A stretch of DNA of 64,000 bases from Dimorphilus gyrociliatus (lineage: Eukaryota; Animalia; Annelida): the NCBI GenBank assembly GCA_904063045.1, contig CAJFCJ010000021.1:186001-250000 (forward strand), read 5' to 3'. Positions 38,401 through 50,789 of the stretch are shown one piece after another. The first letter of the stretch is position 1, and every line of letters begins with the position of its first letter. The translations under genes and the position numbers were made by a program. The notes below the pieces were generated by a model. That model worked only from the letters and a program-made list of their open reading frames with translations, made no database searches and had not been told where the DNA came from.

Positions 38401-39099
38401 TTCAATTGTCACTAATTCCTCTTTTATTAAAGTAAAGAAGTTTCTTTTCTTTAGCAGAGGAAGGAGATGATAAAAGGGAAATGATACAGAATAATCTAAT
38501 AAACATTATATCAATTAAAGAAAGAGAAGAATAAGAGCAAAGAAGAAAAGATAAGGCTTTGATATTTGAAAAGCTTATATTAACGTTTGTTTACGATTGA
38601 AATAGTTATACGGAAAATCTCCTATTAAATTTGCATTGCTAATCTTCTACAAATGAAAGCAGGCAACCTTATTACCCTCTCAATGATTTTGATAAGAAAG
38701 ATATAAAGATTTGTTTTCTATTTATAAAATCTCTTCACAATATCCTATTATATATCAAAGTTTTACGTAATTGTTGAAGTAAACTGTATTTCTATAGGTC
38801 TAGAAACTTCTTGAAAATTATTAATAAGTTTGAACTGTATATATCATTTTCTATAATTCGAATTGTATTGCGTAAATAAATAAATATAGAAATAAATACA
38901 ATTCTCGTTCATTTAGAAGAGACATTCCCCGATATAGTTGAAAGAAAGGGAAGACAATTAGAATGTTACGTGGGGAGGGAGAGCAGGAGAAAGAAATGAG
39001 AAATATATTTTAAATAAGAAAGGGAAAAATGTAGGAGTAGATTTAAAGAGGAAAAACCAGCCAGCTCCTCTCGAAAGCGGTTTCGAGAACATGTCGATT

Positions 39100-39185
39100 T
39101 CTATTGGATGTATTTAACGTAAAAAGACGCCATCACTCGGGGGAAATCACTCGTAAAATGACGTCATAATGTATATATAAGCTGC
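39100..39185 (+). promoter_or_regulatory. CCAAT-CRE-TATA arrangement downstream of ADSL-like, facing antisense
   Basis: ATTGG 39103-39107, TGACGTCA 39159-39166, TATATAAG 39174-39181. Confidence 0.4.
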
Positions 39186-39405
39186 TTGATTTTTGCCGTT
39201 CCAACCTCTCACTCAAGCCGCCCGAAAAAGAAATATATACTATAGGTGTAAACAGAAGACAGATAAAGGGATAAAAAAAGAGAAAGTTGCGGTATTAACG
39301 TTTCCAATATAACCAAATCATTTGTCTCTTTTTCACCCTGTTATGCAAATCCATTTTCTTGTTTCCCTCTCCCGGTTCATATTCCCGCCCTTCCCGCCTT
39401 ATTTT

Positions 39406-42400
39406 CTATATGTGCCAATCAACTGATGTGTGTAAATTGTGTTCGAAAGATTTTAAAACCGGCTTCACCTCTTGATGGAGGAACGTTGTAACTTGTTGAG
39501 GAGCTCTACCAATATATTTTGATGGATCCAGTAGTGAATCAAGTTGATCTCGGAGAGAAGAAAAGATCTGTGAGTGCCTTAAACGGCTAGGTAAATCGCT
39601 ATCGCTACCTTGTTCCTTTTATTAAAGTAAATCTGAAGTTTTCTCACAATTAAACTTAGGCCTAGCTTTTGCGTAATAGCAAATTATCTCTATCTGTTAA
39701 GAAAAGGGGTAAGAAGTCCCTGATTATATCTCTTTTCTCTCCCTCCTATCTTTTAAATGTTGCTGTAGACGCCTTTAAAGAAGGGCGTCAGCGTGAACAG
39801 ATGGTAAAGACTTAAAATTTCAAAAGAGTCGGCTAGTATATCAGATAAATCGAACTTTAACCAAAAAAATGAGGGAATGGGGGGGAGGGAAAAGAGAAGA
39901 TAAAATTCCTTTATATTCCAAATATTAATGGTGCTATAGCAATTTTGTTGTTAAACTTGGGAGTGAATAGCACGCAAGTAGTTTTCTTTTGAAAGGAATA
40001 CTAGGGGGATAAAAGACCTTTTTACAAAGGCTTTGAGATGTTTCTTGATCTATATGTTGCGCTCTTGTTTTAATTAACTTCAGAATTACTTTAACGACGC
40101 CGGCGGCTTCATTCTTTAATCTCTTAAACTCTTCGTTACACCTTCTCCTATCTTGCCCGTGCCTTACGGCAGCCATTACAATATTCTCTTGAGCCATAAA
40201 AGGTAACTCTTGCCGAATATGGCGATCAATAACTCTTGGATAGACAACTAAACCCTCTGTCAAACTACACAATGTGCTTAACAAAACATCCGCTGCTAAG
40301 AAGGCTTCCGGTATACAAATTCTTCGATTTGCGCTATCGTCCATAGTTCTCTCGAACCATTGTACAGAATGAGTGTTATACGCGTTTTGTACTAAGGATA
40401 CCAGATGGCGCGCAAAAGAGCAGCATCTTTCCGACCTCGTCGGGTTGCGTTTATATACCAGTGAATCACTGGAATATTCTTTTTCAAACGGTTCTTCCAT
40501 CTCTTTCATGTGAGCTAGTAGTCTTAAATCCGTGCACATCTATTGAAGAAAGAAAGAGATTATATTTATTAACGCCAACTGCAACAACAACAACAACAAC
40601 AACAGCAGTAACAATAGAAATTCTATTTTTGGGTGATATTTGTTTAATATCTTTTCTAAGGAAGGCATAGAAGAAAAGGTAACTACATTTTTCATTATAA
40701 TTAAGACTTTTTGATCGTAGATGATAATAGATTATTTACAAAAAAGATTTATCGATTGGTCATCTTTTGCCTTTAAATCGTATTCGTCAAATTATAAATA
40801 GTTATAACCTTTGTAAATATTTTCATATTTAATTAAAAGAGAAGAGGTTCTTCAATTTTATTTTGTTAAATTTTCTTTAATCAAAATGATACGGGCTAAT
40901 CTAAGTGTTGTAAGTAGAGAAAAATTGGTCCCATTTCATATGGGGTCAAGAGCCGTTGAAATAGCTGACAATGAATGAGAAAGGAAGAAAAAGGTAAAGT
41001 AGCATAAGGACCAAAGAATTAAAAGGGAGGATGAAGTATAGGAAATTGCTGCCAAGTTATATATAAAAAAAAGCATATACAAAACAACTTGTTAGGCCTA
41101 TATTTACTTTGTGAACGGTAGCTCCTAATCCAGCAAGAGCAGAAATACAATCGACGTCTAATTTCCTCGTATAGGTTTGACCACAAATTATGTAAGCACT
41201 ATTATTATTAGTTTAACAAGGTCATGGGTTAGTTTTTATGGAGAATAAATATTATTTGATTATAGTAACCTGCGAAATCCAGCCATTTCCGTAACCAATT
41301 TATCTAAACGATTGACTTTTTCGTGATTCCCATCGAAGAGCTCTAAAAAGCTTGCTTGCGTTCCAGTTGTGCCCTTAATTCCTCGAAATTTAATTCCGTC
41401 TCGTAAACGGCGAATATGTATTAGATCAGTTAATAAATCCTGAATCCACATACAAGCCCTTTTCCCAACAGTAGTTAGTTGAGCAGGTCTGTAGTTGATT
41501 GGTATACAGGTTATTAGTTACCTTAAATTGTTAAAAAAAGTACAGTCCCTGGTAGATTTGAATCAGGTATGCGTTACTCTCATTATATCCTTTCATATGC
41601 AAATATGTAAAACGATACCTTATTCATTTATATCTATGCAATTATACGATAGTATATGGCAGTTTTAAAGTAGTAATAAAGAATATTTTCATTGTTATGT
41701 TTACAATTATCAGTATTATCACGGTATCGGATAACTCTAACCAAATGTAAACTTGCCCTATCAAAGGAATAAATTAATTACACAGAAGGAAAAACTGAAC
41801 TGCAAAAAAATTTTTTTTTTACATATAAAGGAAAGGAAAAGTAAAATAAATCAATTAAAACTAGAAGAAAAAGAAGAGAATGTTAGATTTTTTTTCTTTT
41901 CATTCTATCTTTAAGACGATAATTTATAATCTTTAATTACGCAAAAATCACTGAAGCACAATGATAAATTACTGATATTTCTATTACTTTTTACCTCTTT
42001 CATTTGATTTATAACTTCTGACGAAGAAGGGAGAAAAAAATACAAACGCACATATTCTTTTATAGATAGATATTTTATCGTTCTTTTTTCTCTCTAACAT
42101 ATCTCTCTTTCCCTCTCCCTCCCCCCTCCTCTCTCTCCTCTATTACATCCTTTCAACCGGTCAAATTCTTGTTTATTACATAATCATTTAATAGGTTAAA
42201 AGTAATATATTAATATATAATTGTAAGAATGAGAATTAACTATATTATCCTTTTAGTTTACGTTGTGTTTAATAAAAATTAATTCAGCAGACAAGGACTG
42301 AAAGATGATTTACCATTGATGGTGACGCTAGCGTTTTATTCTGCAACACGAACAGATTTTGTTATTAACAGCAGATAGTACACTTGTCTTAACAAAATAT

Positions 42401-43736
42401 GGTGTTTTTATCGTTGTTTGCTTAGCTGCTTCGTCTATATAGTTCTAGATTGTAAAAAAAATTTTTTGTCAAATAGCAGATTGACAACGCCATCTGTAGT
42501 TTAGTTCTTAATCTCTCTCTCTCTCTCTCTCACTGTTATAGTGAGACTTATAAAGAGAAATTTTGCAATGTTTTTTTCCTTGCTTGCTTTTCTTTATCTT
42601 TAACATTTTAAACTGTAAATTTTATTGTTACTCTAATTTCAAAGCCTCGGTTTCTTTCCTTTCATGGAAAAAAGCCTTAAAGGTTTTTATGAAACCCTTT
42701 AAATGCATATAAAAAACTATATTTATATATGCATCACAATGTTTTGCAACACCACTATCAAATCAAGAAAATGACCACCTACTGCATATGTGTAAGTCCC
42801 AAAGTAGCTTGACTTTTCCATTTTTCAGCAAAACTACTCAATCGATCGATACATCTAGCTAGTTTAGGTAGCAGAATATCAAAAGCATCCCTTATCATTA
42901 TCAGATCTGTATTGTCCGTCACGAAAGCTGACGTCGCACCTAAAAGTAAATAGAAAGAGAATAAACGTCAGAACATTTACATAAGCTTTCCCACTTAAAT
43001 AGCGTATTTATTATCTTAGCTAATAGTCCCAATCAACTTCACAATCTTAACCAAACTATAATAAATAGAATGTTTCCGCAAGTAATTACTGATAGTAAAT
43101 TGCTTTAAGGAATATTTTTGCTGGATAACGTAGATGGTTTAATTGTTATCTTATGTTCTTAAGCGATTAGCTTTTTCAAGTTTGTAAGCTTATTTTGCAA
43201 AGGGTATTAGCTGCCGAATGTGCTTTAAGCCATTGCTTAGCGCAAACTTCTTTAACCCAAGTAACGTAAACATATTAATGTATTGTTAAGTAAATATTAA
43301 CCTGTAATGCTTCCATCTATATAAGTAGTAAATAAATGACCTTATATTACTTTATATATTTATGTTAAATGCATAACGGTCATCCTAATTTACCCGAAAA
43401 TCTAAATAATTAATTATTTCACAAACCCAAATGGATGACACCATTAGCCGACGGGCAAGCAGCGGTAAACGCATTCAAATGAGCTAAAACATCATGTCGA
43501 CACTTCCTTTCTTCAGCTGCGGCTTTCTCAAAATCAATATTTTGCACATTCGATTCCATTTCTCGGATTTGCTCATTAGTTATCTTTAACCCTAACGACT
43601 GCTGACCCTTAGCTAACCAACACCATAATTTCCTCCATGTCGAATAGCGATATTGTTCACTAAATATATTAGCCATAGATTCGGCTGCATAGTGGTAACG
43701 TTGTACGAGCGGGGTTCTAAAGACGTTTCTCTCCAT
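39406..43736 (-). CDS. ADSL: Adenylosuccinate lyase-like protein (divergent signature loop), 6 exons, ~478 aa
   Basis: Exons 43427-43736, 42783-42939, 41270-41488, 41108-41198, 40090-40539, 39406-39615 join in frame and align end to end with eukaryotic ADSL ([75 protein letters not shown]). An in-frame ATG at 43793 could add 19 aa. Confidence 0.93.
40581..40612. repeat. (CAA)n microsatellite in an ADSL-like intron
   Basis: gcaacaacaacaacaacaacaacagcagtaac. Confidence 0.85.
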
Positions 43737-45227
43737 TTCACCAACTAATGGAGACGCCTTTCCATCTAAAGTTCTTAAAGAATAGAACGACATGATAATG
43801 GCGCTGATCAAATCACCCGAATGCCATGACGATCCCCCAAAAGTATGCACAACGTGCAATTATCATTGAATCAACGATTTAAAAACCTTTACCAAGCACA
43901 AGACAAAAACTTCTATAGAAAAAGGCCGATTTAAATTAAATCTACCAATTTTATTATACCATTTTTTACTATATTAGGTTATTAATATAATTTATAGGCC
44001 CAATTTAAACTTAGACTACTAACAAAGTAAAGAAAACATGTTGTATTGTCTACGTATGTTTATAAAGCAGGGAAGATGAAAGAAAGCGAGAGAGAAAGAG
44101 AAAGAAAGAAAGAAAGAAAATAGGAAAAATAGAGAGAAAGATAGAGATAGAGACAACAGACACGGTGAGAAAGTGAGAGAGAGAAGGGGAGGGGGTGTTA
44201 GAAAAAACGATTATTTCAACCATAAAGGACAACTCGTTCAGTTGTGAAATAGCTGCTATTTTTCCATTCTCTTTCTTTTAATACTTTTATCTTTAGTATA
44301 AATTAATTTCTTTGAAATTTTTAGAAAAGGAATTATTAATATTTATAGTTCCTGTCTTTGTCGTAAGAAAAAAGACAATTCTTCCTCTTTTTGTATAATA
44401 GGTTGATTTTTTTCATCCCCTTGTTATCATTTTACGTCTTAGTTGTTATGCTTCCTATTTCTCTTGGAAACTATTAGACGTCATCGGTATTTTCATACTA
44501 AATGAGGAAGGAGGGTAGGAGGTAAAATTTCATTTATTTCCTATATAAGAAAATATGTACAGAACGTACGTTATTTTATGCTATTATTTTTTCTCTTATT
44601 CTCTCTTTACTCACGAAAGAGAAAATGAGGGAGAGATGGAGAGAGAGAGAGAGAGAGACGGAGAAAAAGAGAATTATAGATACATAAGAAGCAATAGGGG
44701 AAAAATAACAAAAACAAATATTTAATATAGTGTAGTTATACTAAAGAATAAGGAAAAATCGACCCTTAAAAATAGTATAAGGTCTATGTTTATTAAACCA
44801 TTGCGAAACAGTTCAATTAAGTCAACAGTAGTTCAAAAATAACGGCCATGTGTGAAGTGCCAAAAAAGTACTACAACTCCTTACTTAAAAGAGCTTTTTT
44901 TTCATTTCGCACGAACTCTACCCGTTTTTGATTAATATAAAATATTTTTTGTAGAAATTGTCTTATTTATTTAGGCCTAGATAATTTTATTTTGTCCAAA
45001 TTATATAATTATCGAAAGGAAAATTGGCATACATACACAAACTATATATTTTATATGAGGGCGCTTTTTATAGACTTAACGATGAGCTGCATTTACGTAT
45101 GTGTAACAGATTTTTAATAGGAATGTAATTAACCGGCAATATACTATACACTAATAGCCTTCAGCTACAAACGTGAGTTTCACAATTTTCACGGATAGAT
45201 TTTTTAAAAAAAGGTATTTTATAAGAT

Positions 45228-45242
45228 CCGATAGATGGCGTC
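45228..45242 (+). promoter_or_regulatory. CTCF-like site between ADSL-like and PKA-RII
   Basis: CCGATAGATGGCGTC; the same 12-mer CCGATAGATGGC recurs on - at 53561-53572. Confidence 0.5.
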
Positions 45243-45717
45243 AAGGAGAAAAGTTCTTTAAGCGTCCTCTATCTTGTTGGTACTTTCATTGTCGTAGAGA
45301 GAAGCGTACGAGTCGGTTATAAAGAAGCTTTTTTTCAACTGAAACGATAATTCTCTACTCAGATCCGATTGCTATAAATAGGTATAAATCCTCTACGTCG
45401 ATTCGACGTCAACAATGTCAAAGCTTTCCTTAATCGGCGAATAATCCAGTAAGTATCCCTATTTGAGAACTTGGAGATAAATTTGTTTTTTCCCTCTTGC
45501 TTTTCTCCTGTTACTCTCTTGAGAAGTAGTAATTTTTTATTGTGTTAAACAAATTTTTATACATGATTATAGGCCTATACATGTTGTAGTAAATATTTTT
45601 CCTAGGCGTCGAAATCAAATCGATTCGACATTTGCTAGTTTTCCCACCTATCCATTATGATTAAGAGGCGTCGGCTGACGTCTGTTTACACTGTTCTTTC
45701 GTCAGACCCGTCAGACG

Positions 45718-48700
45718 ATGATCGAAATGCAGACGTCGAATCACAGTATGAATTTGGAAATTCCCGAAGGTCTTGGTGATATGTTAAGGGATTTTACCGT
45801 CTCCGTCTTAAGGCAAAGACCGTCGGATTTATTTGATTTTGCCGCAGAATACTTTGAAAAGGCTAGACAACAGAGAAGGGCGAAGAGCGTTCCCATGTAC
45901 ATAATTGTTGATGACGAGAACGAGGCTCAGGAACCGGATCCGGCTTTCTTTAAGCCAAAATCTAATAAAAAGGGACGATTTGCTAGAAGGCAATCTGTCT
46001 CAGCGGAAAGATACGATCCTGAAGCGGATGAAGATGACGAAAAAGTTGTCCATCCAAAGACGGACGAGCAGAGGGATCGTTTGGCTGAAGCCGTTCAAGG
46101 TATCCTAATCTTCCGCTCCTTAGACACTGAACAGATGCAGGACGTCTTAGACGCCATGTTCGAGAAGCGAGTCGATTCTGGACAGAGAGTTATTGAGCAG
46201 GGAGACGATGGTGATAATTTCTACGTTATTGATCATGGCACTTTCGATGTACTTGTAACCAATGAGGGCCAGGAACGGAAGGTGCACGAATTTGTGGAAA
46301 AAGGTACGGATGTTTACCTTTTTGTATTATTTACATTGTATAAATACTTTATACTTAAACGAAAAATGAGATATGGTTTTATAGTTTACTCTTTTCACCT
46401 TTTCCCCTCCTTTTTTTCATTCTATCCTACAGTACTTATATCATGGCTTATTAATAAGACATAATTATAAATAGTTGCAGGAATTTTCGTGACATGATAT
46501 ACAAAATACGTTGATTTATAGGATGAATATGTATTTTAATTGATATACTGTATCCACTAGCTAGAACTGTGCATCTATATTTGGTACCTACGTATATATT
46601 CTCGTTTTATTGATATATAATTATTCAAGCCATCAAATGAGATTAAAACAGGAATTAATTCAGATTATTACTTGCCTCTGAAAACAAAAATATATATTCT
46701 TCTAAGATTATTAACTCTTCAAATCGAATTTATTCCGAATGAGTTTACGGTAGAGATTAGTAGTGGCAGTCAAAAAGATACTAGTCTTTTTTAGCGTCAC
46801 TAGATATAGTCCCGAATTAGACTTTGAAGAAAAAATTTGCAAATCATTGACATTTTTAAAACGAGACGACCCTGGTCTTAATTGTACCACTGGATAGACA
46901 AAATTAACTAAAACATCTAGACTTATTATACATTATTAAAGCCAGACTAACATTAAAGATAACAAAGAAAATGACGCTTTCTGTTCTATTTTATCTTTGA
47001 ACGCTCAAATAAGTATATATAATTTCTATAAGTTTCTTTTTTTATAATCTCTCCCACATAGCTAAGTTTAAAAAAGTATGAATAGGATTAAATTATAGGA
47101 TTAAAGCCATATGACCTTAACTCAGATAGAATATAGCATCATATAGAGATACCACTGTTTAAGGCCTCATAAACTGATAAATAACTTTAAAAGGCGAAGA
47201 AAAGTAGCAATTAGAGAAAATATTGTAAAAAAATCTAATACATGTTCGATAGATGTGATTAGAATAATAAATCGGTAACCCAAAAGTGATTGAACCAGAT
47301 AAGAACCAAAATAGGATCGAATATCTTTTCTTTCTCTCTCTGTCTCTCTCTCTCTCGCTCTTATTCTTATCATAAAACTGCTGTAATATAAGTAAAAAAT
47401 GGTTAAAATAAAGCAACATACGCTATTTGACATCAATTGTTCTTTGTAAGAAGTCTATAGTAATTATATGTTAAATTATTCATTTTTCCGATTATTTAAT
47501 CACATTTTATTTATGAGAATAGCAAAAATAATTATGAATCTTTATATCGGCTACGCTTCAGAATAATCAAACTGATACATAGGATTAATTGGTGTTAAAA
47601 TGGTAATAACCTTTAACACATATACACAGTGAGACAGAGAGAATAAGCGAATAAGCGACAGGGTGTGAGAAACGAGCAGTGTATAGAGCGACAGAGAGAG
47701 AGAGAGAGAGAGAAAATGAGAGAAAAAGAAGGAAGAGATAGATTTTTAGATAGATAGATGGATTAGGTCGAAAGAGGAATATCGACACTAATAAACAACA
47801 CGCTTACATTCTGACTAATATAGTGAGAGAAAGAGTGATTAATCAAAATTCTAATAGTAGTTTTGTTAATTTATGCTTCTCTTTAATTGGCTTCATTTTA
47901 CTTGCATTAGCCCAACGTTTCCGGTATGCTTATTTCTTTTTTCACTATCTAAAAAAAATAGGACAATATCGTTTCCACCTTCACCTTTTATTTCTAAACA
48001 AAGTAAATCTGTTGATCATCTACGAGGAAAGCATTTATGTATTAAATTACTCATGTTTTTCCCAATTGAACAAAAGAAAAGAATTGAAGAATAAAAAAGG
48101 GAGAAGAAGAACACTTTTTATTTTCGTTTTATACTGTTTTTCATTTACAATTAATTGTCATGTGCAAATTTTCCAGGACATATTCATTTAGTATCTTTTC
48201 ATTAACCATTTTAATTTCTACCTTCATTTCCTCTCATTTTATCATATTTAAAAAAAATAGACAATGTCTATTAGAACTTTCACAAGCAAAAAGTACTTAA
48301 TGATTAACGATTTATGCGTAGACTAATTAAAAGTATAACATAAATATTGTATAGAAATTTGAAATCAGTACAGTATAGGCCTGTTGAATTTAAGCACATG
48401 TGTATGAATTTTCAAATGACACGTGCTTTCTAGCTATTTGACAGATAAAAAAAGAATGTATAATAAAAATTCTGACGGAAATAATCCATATTTCAGATTA
48501 TTAATATATATTATATAAGAGTTTGTATTACATTTTTTAAGTATTTAATTCTTGTTTTACAGAATGTTTTCTTCCATTAAACCATATGTATATATCATTT
48601 AACAGTTGTATTGTTCACTCTACTTGTTGAACTGTACGTTGTATATCATAATCAAGAAATATTTACAACCCCTATCAGCCCATATCGACCGATCTGTTCT

Positions 48701-50405
48701 TTTAATGTTTTCTTAACTAATATATACCGAAAATTTTTTAATAGTATAATAGCTATATAGAAAGTATTATACTTTCTCTTTCGTATAGACAGGCTACCCT
48801 TTTTAGTGGTTTTTTGGTACCTATGTTATACCTAATCTAATATAATATATAAATAATCCACTTGTCATTCTAGAAGACGAAGCGTTCGGTTACGTGTAAC
48901 AATAGAAAAAATTAGAATAGGAGACTAGAAGAAAAAGTATGGTAGTGGGTAGGGATGAGACATGAAGTTGCATGTAATGTAAAGAGAGTGGGAGAAATAG
49001 TAGGAGAGCTGGAAAGCTTTGTTTTACTTAGTTCCTCCTTTCTGTATATTATTATTAAACGACATTCCAACTGAGTTGGCTAATTTGGAGAAATTGATTG
49101 AATTTGGCATACGGCCTACTCAATAAAGTCAAAAAATATAATCCATGATACTAGTCGATAATACATTGTTATACATTATTTGTTTTAGTCTCTACTTAGT
49201 GCTTTGGTTACACGCCCTATCTTTATTACTAAGGAAAGTGACGCTTTAATTATCATTTATCTCATCTATACTTAAGAATTTAATCTTAGTTCAGTCTAAG
49301 ATGTTATTAGTTTATTGGGTTTCCAAAATAGATAATTGGATTCTGTCTTTATAAGTATACAACTTTTTGCCTATTTAACAATTATTTATGTTGTTTTTCA
49401 TGCTATTTTCTATTTCTTTCATTTGTTTTACTAAGAAATTTAGAAACATTTGCAACTAATTAAAATGAATATAGACTTTAACCAAGAGAGAGTACTAAAA
49501 AAAATGAGTAAAATGAACTTTGAAACTGTTTTCTTCTCCTGGTTTGTAAATATAAACAAAAGGAAAAAAGCGATATCGTTTACACTTAATAATTTCGATA
49601 ATCGATTCCATTTTTAGAATGGAATTATTAGTTTCCATAGTGGGAAAGCGAGTGACGAAGAGCAGAATGGATTAAACGACTTGCTTTTCATCTTTGTGCA
49701 TTCTGTATACTTATATATCGACTATATACACACGCTACTAACGCTTTATATGGCAGACGAGGCTCGATTATTTCCTCTCGTAATCCAATCCATATTTGTT
49801 TCGATCAATTCCGTTAAAAGCCACTTTTTCATATATTTTTTATTCTATACTTTTTCTTTTATACTTTAACAGGTAGTTTTGGAGAGATGGCCCTTTTATA
49901 TAATATGCCCAGATCTGCAACTGTCGTAGCTAAAACTGTAGGATCACTATGGGCTATGGACAGGAACTCTTTCCGTAGAATAGTCCTCAAAAGTACATAT
50001 ATGAAGCGAAAATTGTACGAAGAACTCCTTGATTCGGTACCAATGCTTAAATCTCTAACGGAGTACGAACGTATGAGCTTAGCAGATGCTCTTGTAACGA
50101 AATCTTATAACGATGGCGATTGTATTATTAAAGAAGGTGATCAAGCTGATGGAATGTACTTTATAGAAGACGGTAAAGTTAAAGTTCTCGTCGATCACAA
50201 GGGTAAAGGCCCCGAAGAAGTCGCTCGTCAAAGCAAAGGCAAATACTTTGGAGAGATGGCTCTTGTTGAGCAACAACCTAGGTCTGCTTCAGTCTACGCT
50301 TTAGGCAAGGTAAAGTGCGCTTTCGTCGATCGGGATTCTTTCGAAAGATTATTAGGGCCTTGTTTGGATATAATGAAGAGAAATATTGAGCAGTATCAAC
50401 GTTAA
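45718..50405 (+). CDS. PRKAR2: cAMP-dependent protein kinase type II regulatory subunit, 2 exons
   Basis: Exons 45718-46303 and 49873-50405 (phase-1 join KG/SFGE). RII D/D domain (MNLEIPEGLGDMLRDFTVSVLRQRP), substrate-type inhibitor site RRQSV, two cyclic-nucleotide-binding domains (FGEMALLYNMPRSAT, FGEMALVEQQPRSAS). Confidence 0.95.
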
Positions 50406-50455
50406 ATTTCAGAAAGTTAAATACAATATGAAATCTTATAAATATAAATATATAT

Positions 50456-50489
<34 letters not shown>

Positions 50490-50749
50490 CTAAATACAAT
50501 ATGTACGTATGGTATTTAAAATATAAAATGTATTATATTCTATATAATACAGAAGAAAGATAACAAATTTAATAGAGTGTTATTTGAAGTAATAACTTTT
50601 TATTCTATATAAAAAGAAATGGAGAAGATTTAGGAACGCAATTTAATAATATAAGCGAAAGTAAGAAGGAGATAATGTCCATATAAGCTAATAAGACTGA
50701 AAAAGTTTTAATTCACTCAACATGAACCTCTCTTTTATATTAAAAAAAA

Positions 50750-50789
<40 letters not shown>

